NCBI GenBank assembly: GCA_965644295.1
Contig: CBFFRP010000143.1
Span: 124,001-188,000, forward strand
DNA from: Paraphysomonas bandaiensis
Taxonomy: Eukaryota > Protista > Chrysophyceae
DNA: 64,000 nucleotides
Reading direction: 5' to 3'
The notes below the pieces were generated by a model. That model was not told the origin of the DNA. It ran no database searches and saw only the letters and a program-made list of their open reading frames with translations. A program made the translations under genes and the position numbers. This document shows positions 20,951 to 35,789 of this stretch, one piece after another. Each line of letters begins with the position of its first letter. Position 1 is the stretch's first letter.

Positions 20951-22122
20951 CGTCTGAGGGGCATATCATAGTATTGACGGTGGTTTTGAATGACGGCGCA
21001 ATAGAAGAGCGCAATAAAAGATTAGCCTCTGCACTTTATTATGTTTCGCAATCTAAATCTGTTTAACAAAAGAATTTACTTATGAATCTCCTGAAACTCT
21101 CAAACCCTTCTACGGGAGAGTTGCAAGTTTTGTTTTTAGTCGGTGCTGTATTTTTGTAGCAATTGTTCAACTCAATGTGCTCATTGGATCATGCTACACT
21201 CCCAAATGTCACCGCCCCAAAGCCGCGTCACGCAGTAGCTCAAATGCATCCTCCTTGAAGCCACAGGCAACAGTGCCCTCTTCCTAGTTGCAACCTTCCT
21301 GCACCAACATGTACACACTAACTGCTCATTGTACCGCCGAATGTGACTCTCCTCCCAGCTATAGCCTCTCAAACACTTGCCACCCTAAAATCCACATACG
21401 CCGCCTCTCAACTTACTGAGTAAACTCCCCCACGCCTCATCCTGAACGACCACTACTTGCATGCCAACACCCTCAACGAATAACTCTTTGACAGCAACCC
21501 AAGCCCTTTATAAGACTATGCTCATCATGTGACCCAATCCACTTAAACTGTCACCAACGAGAGCACACGTAGTTAATCCTACAGCCAGTTCCCGACACAC
21601 ACATTCCGCTATTCGTGACCTGCTTTGCTTTCTAGATAAATCACTTGCATTGACACTATCCTGGCTTTTTCTTAATCAAACGAAGAAGCAAATATTTGTT
21701 GGAGTGTTTAATAATCTGCTTATGAAAGTTGATTTATCATTGCGCACTCCTCAGTATTATTATGCAATATCATGATAAAGTTACGTAATAGTACTGTTAT
21801 ATCATAATCAATAAAATAAATTTTCTTTTTCAAGCCGATTGAATGTCTATATTAGACTGGACCTGTTGAGCTCAATACAGTTGTCAAAGACAAAAAGAGA
21901 AATATAATATACTAATGTCGTGAGCACTTCTATTGTAAAGCAGAAATTTGATTTTCTTCAAAAATGTATATGTAACAAATCTCAAATCAACAAAACAAGC
22001 ACACTATACTGTAAAACAACATAAAGAACATTATATTATTATACGGCATACAACATATTTTTACTGGAACTTACACAACATACTTCAAAACTGCATCAGC
22101 TAACAACTTATTAGTGTTTCGA

Positions 22123-25100
22123 TCAAAGACCCGCGTCGTCAAGCAATGAAGCAGCATCGGTCATACTTTTCTTGGCTTTTGCTTTTCTGGCGACAGTAGA
22201 TTTCGGCATCGTTTGTCCAATAGTATCACTCTTGCGCTGTTTCTTTAACTTTGAAATTTCAGATTGCATTTGTCCAATCATATTTTCAGCAGACTCCAGT
22301 TGAGTCTGGAGTCGAACTACTTCTACTGAGGAATCAGACCCGGTGTTTTTTTGTTGCCTTTCAAACGAAACATCGGCGAATTCAATGTCAGTATCAATTT
22401 CTTCCTTTATCTCCTTTGGTTTGATGCAAAATAATGGAACTGTTGGAAAGAATGCCACCCAAAGTTCAGTGAAAAGCACCCAGAAGAAATATCCCAGAGA
22501 CACTGCTACAATAAAAATAACCAAATATGCCAACGAATCCCGCTGAGTGCCTGTGAGCTCATCGCTCTCAAACATAATAGCAGCTGAATAGAAAAGAGTA
22601 AAAGGTTATTCAAACAATTTGGAACAAGTACTTACATATAGCAACCATTATAGCCGAAAAAAGCAAGTAAGACTCCACCGTGTTGTAATTATTGAAAAAA
22701 TCTAATTCCGGGGCTTTTAGCTCAAACATAGGACCGATATTTCCTAAACGGTTGACATTAATTTTGGTACCTCGCTTTTGTGAAGTGCTCTCTCTTGTAT
22801 GCATCGAAATGACATCAGCATATTTCTCCGCAATATCGGCATATTCAGATGTCGACATATACGGTTTATAATTAACTTGCGCGGTGTATGACGTAAACAG
22901 AACAAGGAGATACAAGGCAAGCAAAAACACAGTGTTCTCTCGAAACACCACTGCAGCTACCGATAAGCAGAACTTCCTGATCAGGATACAAAAGATCCAG
23001 TAATAATATTCAGGTTTAAATTGATAAAAGAGGCGATTGTAAATTGCCTTAAATCGTGTGAGTTTTTGTTTTTCAAAATCTCCACCTTCAACTTTCCCAG
23101 CAGCTTTCATAACTTGAGCGTACACGCACTTGTCACTATTCGTATGCAAGACGAATGCTACGAATGCGGGAAAGCCGATTGTGTAAACTATGAAGGCAAT
23201 TATAGCCCATGGTTCTAACTCTTGCTGTATGGTACCCTCCCTATAACACCTTCCACCGTCAGGACCGATTTCAGCCATGTACTTATACCCATCAGGAGGA
23301 TCTGTTGGTTGGCAGTTAAAAATAGCCAGCGTGTTGTTAGAAAGCATCAAGTATCCATAGTAAAATAGCATTAAATACACAGCAATACATTTGTAAAGCA
23401 TTTCTGTCTGGTTTCCTTTCGCAGATCTGAATATTCTCATGTATGCATAATAGCACAAGAATACAATAGCAATAATTAAAAGTGCGATGAGCGGAGAGAC
23501 TGTGATACCAATCCACTTCTTTTTAAATGACACAGAAACTGCATTCCAACAGTCAGGCGCCGCGACGTCAATGTTGAGATTAAATATAGAAAATGAGTTG
23601 TACATATTTACCAGGCTTGGAGGCCAGCTGACGTCAGCCGTACCAAACACAGCTAACACCTGGAAATAATCTATACCGATAGATAAAATACCAAGATTAA
23701 CATTCTTGGCCTGAAGCTTGTAAGCAATATACCCTCCGCATATCAGCACCAAAATACCCGCCAACACTATGGCCCATGGCGCTGTGGGACACTCTTGGCA
23801 CTTTCCATTGATGCGATAGTAACCTTCGTTACACTCGGCACACCTGTCACCAGTGTACTCCTCAGAGCACGTATTATTTCCTTCACACGCGCTGGAAGGC
23901 ATGCACGGTAAAACTGCAGGACACGTCTCTCTTGAAGAGGTGGCTTCAGGGCACTGTCCACTCGGGGATTGCAGAAAGCTTAGATACCATCCATGGTGGG
24001 CTGTCGGGGAGTACATATTGTCTTGATCACATACATATCCAGTGACCTCACTCTCTCCACAATCAGTACAGTATTCTCCAGGTCCACCAAAAGCGCCTTT
24101 CTTACAGGTCACAGTGTATCGATCATTTGGTAACGACGCTTGATATGCCACATGTACCGTCACATTTAGGGTCCCGACAATGGTGCTTGGTGTTGTACAC
24201 TTCAAGTACGGATCATAATTGTAGACAGCATCATCAGCAAGCCAGACGCTATCTAGGCACGGAACACCGCCAATGGAGATATTGAGAGGAGTTCTAAAAG
24301 CACCAAAGTTTTCACCGTACAATTTCAAGGTTTCATCACCAATAGCATCTCCTCCATTAGACTGGTAGAAGAAGTTTATTACAGGGTTACTGTAAGAAAA
24401 GTTCGAATATGTTACTTGCCCATCAACGGAAAAAGAAATCACAAGGTCTTTACCAGCACCTTTCGGAACTGTACACTTGGCTACAGTGTGGGTCTGTGAC
24501 ACAACAGGACATAGCGTTGGTCCCATTCGCTCAAAGTTATTTGCCATCACACTGTCCACGCCAAATGATGAGACAGACGAGTCGTACAATGGATCTTGAA
24601 TATACACTGTAAGCCCACTTGTACCAAACGACATTCCATTGAATGTCATTGTGTAACCGCCTTTAGTATTGATATCATCTGGGAACTCCATGCTCAAAAT
24701 TTTTGGTGGATTATAGCTGAAAAGATATGGCCCTCCAGTATGAATTTGTCCACCAACTGTCAGTGCCACGGTTAGGTTTTGTCCTTGTCCAGCAGGAGGA
24801 TAGAACTGAATTTCTGTGCCGTTAAAAAATACAATATCCTCCATGGGAACGGAATACTCTCCAATCTTAAGCTCCCAATCCAAGTCCACATAGCCAAAAT
24901 TTCGACCACGCAGTACGACAATGACATTAGAATCACGCCCGCCTGACGTATCACAGTTTAATGGCCACACATTGGAAATAGAAGGAGGAATATAAGCGAA
25001 CATATCCGGAGATTCGCCGATTTGATTGCTCACATTAACAGTCAACATCAAGTCCTTGCCTTGACCAGGTGGAATGTAAAAAGTGAGGCGATTGTGTGTA

Positions 25101-28100
25101 AATGATTTCACGTCGATTTTAACATCGCCTAGCATAACAGTAGGGCCTTGAATCCCGAAATTATCACCAGTCACATTGATTGGGCTAGCGGACCCCGCAG
25201 TACCTACCTCCAAGGTAGAAATGTATTCATCGATAGATGGTGCAAGATACGAGAAATACTTCTCGGTGCTCCCTGAATTATCCTGGTTTCCTACCTGAAC
25301 AACTGCGAGCTTTTGACTCCCTTCATTTGCAACAGACAACAGCTCAACGTATGTGTGATTAGATGCGTTTACATTGACGGGCCACGGCACTCCACCAATG
25401 GTAACAGTCCTACTCAACCCGAAGTTTGACCCCAGAAGAGCAACTTTATACCCACCATTTGTAATACCAGTGGACGGAACAATGGAAGAAATTGTCGGAG
25501 GGAGGTAACTAAGGCATGAAGCAGTGGTACAAAGTTCACAGCCACAGCCCAGCGAATATGAGAGACCTTTCACAACTCTCAAAGAATTGTACGACCCTTG
25601 ACCCGCTGGGAGCTTGCAGTAAACTTCCTGAAAATCAACATCAGGATCGTATCCTGTGCCAGCCAATGTCGCTGCCATCGCTGACCACTCAGAAGGCGAC
25701 TCGGTTTTACTCACACCGTTGTAAACTGTGACGTCGCACTCAGCTTCAGTTTCAGAGTCACTGTTCTCCACATTGACAATAAATTCCCCTTCGCTGCCGA
25801 AGTTTTGTCCAACAATGTATATTTGGACTGGGTTCGACAAGGTGTATCCACTGGTCATAGCAGTTCCATATTTGAATGACGACTTTAGCACAAGCGGCTC
25901 GCCGAATTCATAGTACATCATATTTGACGTGGCTACGTTAGTACTTACTGTCACATTTCCACCACGAACACTAATATCACATATAATCTGTGCGTGAGAC
26001 TTATAGTAGCAGTACGGAACAACTGGTGTAGGAGAATCAACAGGATATATTGTAACAACTGGTTTTAGAGAAAACGAGCTTCCCCCAATACTTAATATGA
26101 CGGAATTATTGCCAGAATCGACTGTATTGAGTGTATTCACTTTGGGAGGCATGTAAGAAAAATAGACAACATTGCTAAGTTGTCCGCCAACGTCGACATA
26201 TATTCCGTACCTTTCCTGTGAAACGGTTGTCGCCACAGGGGAAAAAAATACCAGTTCATCTTCCCCATTCGCAAATACATTAACTCGTTTAGTGGCAAAG
26301 TAAACTTTTGGTGTCGTGTCAACTGCAAAATTTTCCCCGAATACAGATATTGTTTGGGTACCATCTGTGGAAGCGGTGTTCGGATCAATTGACGTAATTT
26401 TCGGGCGCGCATAACTGCTGGTCTGGTCAGACAGACCAGACGACTGACCAGCAACAGTAACTTGCCAATATAAACTGCCACCAACACCAGCAACAGTGTA
26501 GCATTGTATTTCAGAGTTGGACAAAACTTCACACTCAGCTGCAGTGTATTCGGTTCCCGACGGACCGTATGTAACTTGCTCCAAGAATTCTTTTCCATAC
26601 AGCGCGACAGCATTTGGTGGACCAAAATTTTGTCCAGTCAAAATAACTAAGTCACCACCATCTACAGAAGCATTGACCACACCGGACCCAGCAAGAGACA
26701 TAATTTTCGGTGCACCGTAGGACGTTGTAGGTGACACTGAAAGTTGCCCGTCCACCACAACACTCCATACAAGACGACTACCAGCACCTGGTAGGGTTCT
26801 GCAATACAAAGTTTTGTGCGGTGTATACATGGAACAATTTTCAGTGGCCACAAAAACAGTACCATTGAACTCAGTATAAAAGACCATATCCACATTGTCA
26901 AACGTTGGCCCAAAGTTGCTGCCATACACCAACACCGTCTGGTTACCACTCGTTAATGCATCGACTGAGCCACTGCCAGAGAAGCTCGCCACAGTAGGTG
27001 GATCATATGAGGAATTTGTCGACAGCAGAGGAGACGACTGCCCTCCAATGCTCGCAATGAACTTGAGGTTGGTTCCCGTTCCAGGAGCTGTCAAGCATTT
27101 TAACTTTGTACTCGCCGTTATTACCTCGCACTCCACCGCAGTAAATTCCACCCCTGTTTTACCATAAGTGACAACGATATCATCCTCATCCACAGAAACA
27201 GGGCCAAACTCGCTTCCAGATAAATAGAAGATATCCCCGCCTTCAGTCGAAGCAGAGGACGCACCAGCGCCAGATATGCCATCTAACTGGGGGGGCTTAT
27301 ACTTGACGAATGAGGAAAAAGTCATGCTCGATTGGTCAGCAACCGTAACTATAAATTTGAGATCTCTACCAATACCTGGGGCAGAAAAACATGACAGTTC
27401 TGCATGAGCTCTTTCTAGGGTGCACGACGCAGTGTACTCCAGTCCTGTTTCAGCTCCATATGTCACTTTCAACACAGTGATCTCATCTCCAAAGTTTGTA
27501 CCAGTTATATTAATGCTGTCGCCACCCATGGTATCCATATCCTCAGCAATCACTGACATAATATGGGGCCGAGCGTAAGAACTTTCTCCAGAGAGAATAT
27601 TCGAATCCTGCCCACCGACAATCAGCTTCCAATCAAGTGAGCTACCATAACCATCTGAACTTATGCATTCCACAGAGACGTGAGCAGCTACAACGGTACA
27701 GCTGACATCTTCAGAGATATACGAATTACTCTGTTCGCCCTCGACAATATTATAAGTATCACCAGCATTACCGAAATTAGATCCCTCTATAGCAACAACA
27801 GCACCGCCGCTGGTAGATAAATTATGAGCATTAGTTAAATTAGATAACTGGGGAGGAGCATATGCAAGAGTAGCAGTTGAAAAGGGAGTAGTACACGACT
27901 TAATTCCAGCCGCCCCGCCATAATCAGTGGTAATAGTCAGCACCACCCCGAGGTTTGTACTAATTCCTGCAGGCAAGGTGCAGTTCACTTGGGTATTTTC
28001 ATGAACATCGGTACGATGAACATCACATGCCATAGCAAACATATAGGTAGCTAGACTTGACGATGCACTGGACTGTAAACTCCCTGTAACAGTGGTATCG

Positions 28101-31100
28101 GACACTGTCATCCCACTCGATTGCATCCTGGCTGTTGTGGGGCCAAAGTTGCGACCTGTGATAAACAGCTGCATCCCACCGGACGTCGGTGCTGAGTTAA
28201 CAACAGCTCCACTGATATCAGCAATCGAGGTTACAGTGCAGTCTGGGATATCAGAAATATATATCGTTACAATACAGGTACTAGTCAGCCCAGTTGAATC
28301 CTTTACTTTAACATTAAGAGTGTGAGATGCGGCATTCTCAAAATCTATTCCGGTAGACGATATTCTTATGGCGCCTGTGTTGGCATCAACAGAAAGAGAA
28401 CCAGACGTCGTACTGTCAACAGTGTATCGCAGTCCACAAAAATCCTGACATACTTCGCCATTGTCAAAATTTACAACATCTTCAAAATCAGGGTCGGTGA
28501 CTTGAATATATCCTATTTCCGAACTTACAACATTCTCAGCAACAGTTATACTGGACGGTGATGCCACAGGGGCCTCATTTTTATTAGCAATGTTGATGGT
28601 GACAGTGGCTGACTTAAAAACTGACCTGCTTGACCACGAGACATCGTAAATGTACTGGGATTGAACTTCAAAGTTCAAAGAAAAACCTGATTTGAGACTC
28701 AAAATACCTGTGGTAGAATTAATTGCAATTGGATCACTGCCACAAACGACACATATCAGTGAGAACAGCCCATTCTGATCAGCCGGATCTTCATCAATTA
28801 CAACAACTGGATTTACGTACACATTGTTCGAAATCAGTCTACCACTGACAATATTCTCATCAGCTGTAAACGTTTGGTTATTTAATATCGTCGGCTCATT
28901 GACGTCTGTAACTGTGATCTGAACTGGACACGTAACCGATTGGGGTGCCACAGAGTCTTCCTTTGCCTGCACTGAGAGAGAATAGGATATAACACTCTCG
29001 TAGTTAAGTGCACTCGCCGTAGTGGTTAGCACACAGCCGGGGGCAATAGCAAACTTTCCTGCACTATTACCTGAAGTTATCGTACAGATCAAGCCTGTAC
29101 CGGAATCATCCGTAATGGTAGTTGCCTGATCTGATCCAGAAAGAGTAGCAATTTCTTCCCCCTCCACTGTGTTTTCGAGAACTGCGAAACTGAAAGGTGT
29201 TGTGGGACATTTGGGAGGAAAATTGACATCAGTAATTGTCAGAGAGACATTTGCAATGTCATATAATCCTCCTCCATCCACAACTCTAACAAGTATAGAG
29301 TGAATAACATCACCAGGTAACCAAGAAGTGTTGGCGTTAGATGTTAGATAAAGTGTACCTATATCATTGACATATGATACAGCAAGCCCACTTACAGGTT
29401 CGACAAGTGAGTAGTTCAGATTGCCCCAAACACCATATGTATCAACATCCGAAGCTATAATAGAACATATTTCAGTTCCGGACGCAGCATTTTCAGCAAC
29501 GTAGCAGTCAATCGAAGAATCAACCACTGGAGCATCATTTTCATCAGCAACGTCTATAGTAACATACGTAGTTCGATTGAAGACGCCGTCAGTAACTTGA
29601 AGAAGCACTGAATATGAGTTCTTAATTTCATAGTCAAACTGCTCCTCTGTATACAACGACATACTCGTTCTACTCTCCGGTACAACTTGGAACATTGAAG
29701 CACTCGACACATCGCCATCCACGGAAATAACAGTGAAATTAAGTGCATCATCGTCATCGTCAGTTGCACTATACTCCAGCGCCTGCCCAGCGTTGACCAC
29801 GTAAGCCCCAGCTACAAGATTTTCAGATACTTCGCCAGTAAGATACGTGTCAAATACTGGGGCCTCAGGGACATCATTGACAGAAATCAACACAGTCGAT
29901 GACGCGAAAAGGCCTCCATTATCAGTTACCTTGACAGTGTAAGTGAAGGATGGTGTTGCCTCAAAGTTCAAGTAAGTCTGTGCTAGATAGAGCTGACCGC
30001 TTGTAGAGTTGATTCCAAAAGTTTTCGCACCATCAGAACCATAATTGCTAATTGAAAAAATGGCGGTACTTCCTTCATCCGGATCAGAGTACTCAGCACG
30101 TAGCATCGTTCCTAGATTAGTGTTCTGTGGTGAGTTCTCATCCATTGAAAAACTCATCGAAGCAGTGATAACTGGGGGCTCATTAACATCAGTTACTTTT
30201 ACAACGAAAAGCCCACTATCTGTTAGGGGAGGCGACCCGTTATCTGTAGCCGTAACTTCCAAATTGTACTGCGCCAGGCGTTCATAATTTATGCTCGCAT
30301 TGAGAACAGTGAAGTAGTACGATGTCAAGCCAGTGGACGCACTATACTCCGACTCTAATGTAAAAACATTGTCAGTATTCCCTCCTGTTATGTCTAACGA
30401 CACGCTTTGTCCAATATCAACATCTGTTGCATAAATTCCAATCCCAGTACGCGATCCATTTACAGAATTTTCATCTATAGAGGAAAACGTGCCAGATGAC
30501 TCTACTAATGACGGGTTTTCATTTACATCGTTCAAGTTAATAACGTACGCTGCAGAAGACATCAAACCCCCTTTGTCAGTAACAGATATAATCAAAGTAT
30601 AAGAGTTCACAGACTCAAAATTAAGACCAGAATTCGCAACGATGATAGTTCCAGCCGAAGGATCAGAGAGAGAAAACATTCCAGCAGAATTACCCGATTC
30701 TATTTGATATACCTTTTCACAACAAAAGGTGAAAGAAGAAGACGGATCAGCTTCATCTGGATCAGTGGTGTACATCGTAAGATTTTCAATAACTACCAAC
30801 CCTTGATTAGAATTTTCATCAACAGAAAATGTTCGCGATTCCATTGAAGGGTATTCGTTCACATTAACCAGATATATAACGACCTGTGAATATGACAGTC
30901 CACCATTGGACTGAACCTGTACAGTGAAATTGTATAAAGAGAAAGACTCATAATCCAAAGTACCATTGACAAGAATAACACCCGAACAGGACTGAATATC
31001 AAAGGCCCCGTTATAATTACCGTTGCTTCCTTGGTCCGATATTATAGCATATGCAAGCTCTGAATTGTCTGCAGTGGAGGCCGGGACTTGACAAAAAGCA

Positions 31101-33867
31101 GGGGAAGTCATGGTCGATGAAGACGCAATATCTCCCACACCCCGATCCTCATCACAGAAACACTCGACAGCTCCGGATGATGGGGGTTCGGCAACATTGG
31201 TTATGACAATGGTGAAAGAGCGGGTAAACGTCAACCCCCCAGAATCCGTAGTGCGAACTCTGAATACGACACTATCGCCGGTCTCCTCATAATTAATTTC
31301 GTTTTGAATAGAAATCACACCACCGGTTGATACTGCAAAGAGTTCAGATGAGGGGTTTTCATCCACCGAGGTGTAAGTGTGACTGTCACCAGCGTCCACA
31401 TCTGTAGTCGTCAGGGTGGCAACAGTAGACCCGACCGCAGTATTTTCGACCACAACACAAGGATTACAGTCGGTGGTCATCGCAGTCGGTGCTTCATTGA
31501 CATCTTCTATAGTTACCGTGATCACTGAATCCAAATTCATATTTGGTGATCCAGAATCAGTAGATCGAACAAACAGAGATACAGATTGGACAGCTTCGTA
31601 ATCAATGGATCCGGTTACCTTCAGCGCTCCAGTGGATGTGAGGGAGAAAAGCGATGTGGATGATATCAGGGAGTAGGTGTGTGTATCGCTCGGGTCAGGG
31701 TCAGAAGTACTGAGAGTAGCAAGTGTAGTACCTGTGACCACATTTTCAGGTGTAGATATGACAGCAGGACTCACTGCTGTAGGGCTCTCGTTGACATCAG
31801 TGACAGTTATCGTGAAATCCTTCTCAAAGCAGCAGTCTTTGCTTTCACCATCATTGGTGCGCAGCCTGATGCTGAGTGTTTGGGTGGACTCATAATCTAT
31901 ACTGGCACCGACAATCAAAGCCGTTCCAGCAATATCGAACCTGCCGCCGGCAGAGTCGACGAGTGTATAAGTGTGGGACTGATCGCTGTCTACGTCCGTT
32001 GACGACAGGGTCGCCACCACTTTTCCATTCGCACTATTTTCGCTTACCGTAGTTGCTGACAGAGTAATATCTGTTGGCGCAGAATTATCAAACGCTACGA
32101 TTCCTGAGAACACGGTCGAGGTTTCGTAAGCTCCCGACCCTGATGAAACAGACGCCTTTACTGCAACCACGGTGCCCACCGCCAGATCCGAGACAGAAAC
32201 GCTTACAGACCATGGAGCTGATGTGTCAGTCTCCAATAGTGTCGAGACCACAGCCCCACCAGAATAGATCTCTCGGTAGAAGGAAACGGAGTCTGGGGCG
32301 CCCAGAGAAGGATCACTCTCTGTCATGTTTAGAACAGTCGGTACTGAACTACTGAAAGGGTAGGTTCCGCCATCGTCGGATATAGTATACACCATAATCA
32401 CACCGGCATTGGCGACCTCTGATGCCTTGTATGCAGTATAAATGGCGCCATCAGCAATAGTAGCTGAAGCAAGAATCTGTACATTCCCATCCAAAAATTC
32501 TGTGCTATCGAAGAGGATAGAGTACGTGGTGAGAGACCCAGTCACTGTTCCAACGGAGTACCAAGTGGCAGTAGAGGAGACAGAAGGCTTCACACCGTAC
32601 ACAGAAAAGCTGACTTCAGTAGCTGTTACATTAGACACCTGAGCGGCAATAGTAACGGCAGTTCCAGACATTTCAGATGTTGGCTGGGTGATGACAAGCG
32701 CGGCAATACCAGCCATTGCTGCCTCCAGGTCTGATGATTTGAGAACATACGCGTAAGTGAACTGCGCCGTTTCCCCAGGTGCAAGTGTAGGGTATTTGAA
32801 AACCAAGTGGATTGCCTCATCCGCTTGACGCATGCGTGACCTATATGCAGACTCAGGCTGCATATCGTTGCCACCATAGTAAGTCCAAGTTTGTGTACCA
32901 CTGGCGTCGCCATACGCGTACGATGGGCTATTTTCGTAAAATCCATAATGTGATACACGGGCGCTAGGATTAATCGTACCGAGCCCACAGAAGAATTGGT
33001 TGTTTGTATAGCCCATAGCTGCAACCAATGCAGAATTCGGATTCGTTGGGCTGACATAACTTCGAGAGAGGCAGCAATCGCTGCCATCTTCGGCTAAGGG
33101 TTGATACTTGACATAGTTCATTGTGGTATAGTATCCGTAATAGGGCTGTTCCTGGTCAGGATCAACGGTGCGCATGTCTACATTTTTCGTGAGATAGTGT
33201 TACACAATGCACATATACTTACAATAAAGATCTGTAACTGTCGATGACCCGATGTTCTTCAGGGTAACCGATGTCGTGAAATATACATCTGTATTCTTGA
33301 ATTGTGTCACTTTTGATATTTCGATCTCTCCTCTGCGACCGACCCATTGCGCGGACTGCACGTGGTCAGTTGAAGTGACCTCAAAAGAGGTTGGGTAAAT
33401 ATCTTTATTGCCCATTAGCCCCTCCATCATGTATTTATTGACGCCACCAGATGAGCTCGTCCACTGCAACAGCCATCCTACAATCTTAAATGTTACAACG
33501 TGCAAAATTCACACATTGAAAAACCTTCAACTGGAGCCCCAGGAACAAAATAGTCACCAGCATAGCCTGGACTTGAGGAATAGAAGCCATTTTTATCGTA
33601 ATCAGCAATGAACCCCAGCCTTTTCCCAGAATAAACAGATCCAGATGGAGCAGTTGATTCTGTCCCAAACGATCCAACGTTATGTATTCCAACTTCGATG
33701 TATTGGCCTTTCAAAAACACCTCACCCGTAGTACAGTCACCAGGACCAGAAGATACCACACCACTCTTCTTACACTTACTATCAGTCGCTAAACTGCTAC
33801 AAGAAACAAAACATCCAAAGACAACGACAACAAACAATGACGACATGTCCCTACCACCAAAATACAT
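22123..33867 (-). CDS. Giant nine-pass cadherin (nonagonal-cadherin type), ~3866 aa; exons 33867-33525, 33477-33223, 33177-22636, 22583-22123
   Basis: Three in-frame GT-AG introns (47, 45, 52 bp); signal peptide; 12 cadherin repeats (D.NE.P, DYE, D.D motifs); ~14 IPT/TIG repeats (T.GG...I.G.NFG); laminin-EGF-like CSEEYTGDRCAECNEGYY; nine hydrophobic helices; coiled-coil tail. Confidence 0.9.
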
Positions 33868-34355
33868 TTGATTTAAACCTAATAGGATCTTCCGACTCCT
33901 TCTAGGACATATATGTCGCTATACTATCTTATAAGTAACACAATGTGCGATATGATATTCGTGTACCTCGAACACACAGCAGACAGATGTCGGGGGGCAA
34001 AGTCTAACTTCTTATTCTCACAAGAATCTTTTTGATATACAATCGCCATATGTGCCTTAGGTATACTTGCTATACGGATCTGTAGGCAACATGTCAACTC
34101 CGAGTGTGGGCCATATCTTGAATAGACACCTCTCGGAATACTGAAAATATTCAACTCTAATCAATCGGAGAACCGTTTGAGTAACTGTGACACATGTCTA
34201 GATGTCTACTTCTGGATTCAGAATACACGTTCAATACACACCCTCACTGCTCTGTTGGGGCTGCTGAGCATAGCGCCTATTTCATTGGTATTCACTCATT
34301 GGGTTGTTTTGAAGCAGTGCTTACATAGATTTCTAGACCCAAGAAGTTACTTGAT

Positions 34356-35242
34356 ATGGACCAGACCACTCAGTCCGCTCACTGGGGTAACAGTGCAAGC
34401 TCAAGGCTTGAGAGAGCTAAGTATCAATATGAAAACCTACTATTGAGCCTGGGAAACACGTCCATAACAGAAGATACAAGCGATAGTCGGTATGAAGACG
34501 ACGGCAATGTTGTAGTAGACACATCTTCCCACATGATGCGCAGCACCTTAATGGCAGGTGTAAATACCATAACATGCTCAGTATAGTTTTAAAACTACCT
34601 TACTGTAGAAGATACTTGGACAGAAGTGGAACAGCCGAATTGTGGCGAGTGTTCGTGGGATTACAAGGCGGACTTTGACAAAGACAATACAATTATTTCT
34701 CAGCAGGCTGAGATCGAGCGGCTTCGCAATGAACTCAGTGTAGTCACTATGAAGTCTGAGGCAGCAGTTGCAGAGGCAACTTCAAAACAGGTAAACATTG
34801 TTTTCTCTTCGTGCTATATTCATTTCAATGAGATTGGTTGCAATGATTTCGTATTGTAATACCTGTGTTTTTGTTATCATGCTTAGGAGATGTCAGAAAA
34901 AACAAACACAGAGAGATGCCGCAATTGCGAATCAAAACTTGCTGCGTTAAAGCTGGAGAATGAAGAGGTAGGTGGGTATATTCAGGTGGTTTTCTGTATA
35001 ATGATGGACGGTTTATAGTTAAGAGCCGCCTACGAAAGTACTAGATCTGAATTGGAGTCAGAGAGACGCCGCTTACACGAAGCTGTGAGTGGCTGTATTG
35101 TGTAATGCATGTTCGTTGTTTGTGTACTGATTTATGGTACGATGAATGTATTTCACGTGTATTACTGTAGATAAACAAAATTACCAGACTTGGCCATCGC
35201 AAAGGGGTCGGGTCGAAAAAGAAGACGATTGTATATATGTAG
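34356..35242 (+). CDS. Small coiled-coil protein of unknown function, 5 exons
   Basis: Spliced reading stays open through short GT-AG introns (e.g. 34558-34608, 34791-34886, 34968-35018) to TAG at 35240-35242; QQAEIERLRNEL heptads. Confidence 0.65.
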
Positions 35243-35789
35243 TCTTTCATTGGCTGGAAGATTTTACTTATTTATGGGTGTAACAGTTCGTGTGCGATAA
35301 ATTGGTTGTAGTTACAGTAATGTATAAATACTGCGGCAACATGGTAAGTAACCATGACTAACCAGTAGATTGTATCGAAATATTTTTCTCACTAGGTTAA
35401 ATATGTACTTTATTCAGACGAATGTAACATGATTTATACTAAGGTTAATAATGTAAAATAAAGTAGACATTGTTGTAGCTATTACGCCACTACTTGCGAC
35501 GAATAATTATGAATTATGACTGCTACTAATAATAGTCACTTATTTCTTATTTCTATCTGTTTTATGTATGTCTTGAGTTGTGCACGCACGCACCCTCAAC
35601 AGAGTATTATCCATGCTGATAGGCATGGCCAAATTTTCCAATAATTATTAATATTATTGTAACTAAAATATTTTACTTCATCAAAGAATTATTGTACTTG
35701 GTACTTGGAGTACAAGACGGTGAAATCATCGCGTCTATATATAGTATATAGTGTATTGGTCGTCAGAAGGAGTGTCTCCGGAAATTCCT

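Noticed and set aside
21181-21620. C-rich coding-like patch, possible retroelement debris
   Set aside because: All frames broken and no motif I can assign.
23021-33087. Many 60-160 aa ORFs overlapping the cadherin gene (and likewise the NLR, copia and ELM2 genes)
   Set aside because: Antisense or alternate-frame shadows of long CDSs, without motifs.
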